This document shows positions 35,271 through 35,319 of a DNA stretch of 35,319 nt, one piece after another (positions within the stretch are counted from its first letter, which is position 1; the number at the start of each line of letters is the position of its first letter). The stretch spans positions 102,903,706 to 102,939,024 of the forward strand of contig NC_068986.1 in NCBI RefSeq assembly GCF_001194135.2, in the 5' to 3' direction. The notes beneath the pieces are model-generated. The model was not told where the DNA came from and made no database searches. It was given only the letters and a program-made list of their open reading frames with translations. A program made the translations under genes and the position numbers. The DNA is from Octopus bimaculoides. Taxonomy: Eukaryota.

Positions 35271-35319
35271 TTAAAAATAATAATAACAGAATCAGTAATA
35301 TAGGCGATTGCAGGCTCCC

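Noticed and set aside
1-35319. CRISPR array, rRNA or prokaryotic operon
   Set aside because: No repeat-spacer array, no rRNA-like sequence and no gene-dense region.

Overview
AT-rich eukaryotic draft-assembly window with seven N-gaps, most bordered by microsatellites. The repeat content (tRNA-head SINE families, Penelope-like elements, R4/Dong LINEs in (AAT)n, mariners, dense microsatellites) looks like a coleoid cephalopod (octopus-type) genome; this is an inference. Almost all ORFs in the supplied track are artefacts of microsatellites, N-gaps or decayed transposons. The main non-repeat signal, missed by the ORF track, is a minus-strand gene assembled by hand from GT-AG-bounded, phase-compatible exons (coding lengths 78, 28, 18, 27, 31, 27, 79, 33 and 156 nt) between 20920 and 4018. 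It gives an open 159-aa N-terminal fragment of unrecognised family. One of its introns carries a well-formed, sense-oriented minimal type I hammerhead ribozyme motif (16634-16678), and another carries an 82-nt hairpin. The window also holds nested and rearranged TEs: an R4 insertion with a 5' fold-back inside a hammerhead-bearing repeat, a convergent mariner fusion, and a SINE sharing its tail with a (GATA)n-embedded retroelement end. SINE density is sharply partitioned, with 10 copies right of about 22.4 kb and none intact in the gene body. All family assignments come from motif recognition, not database searches.
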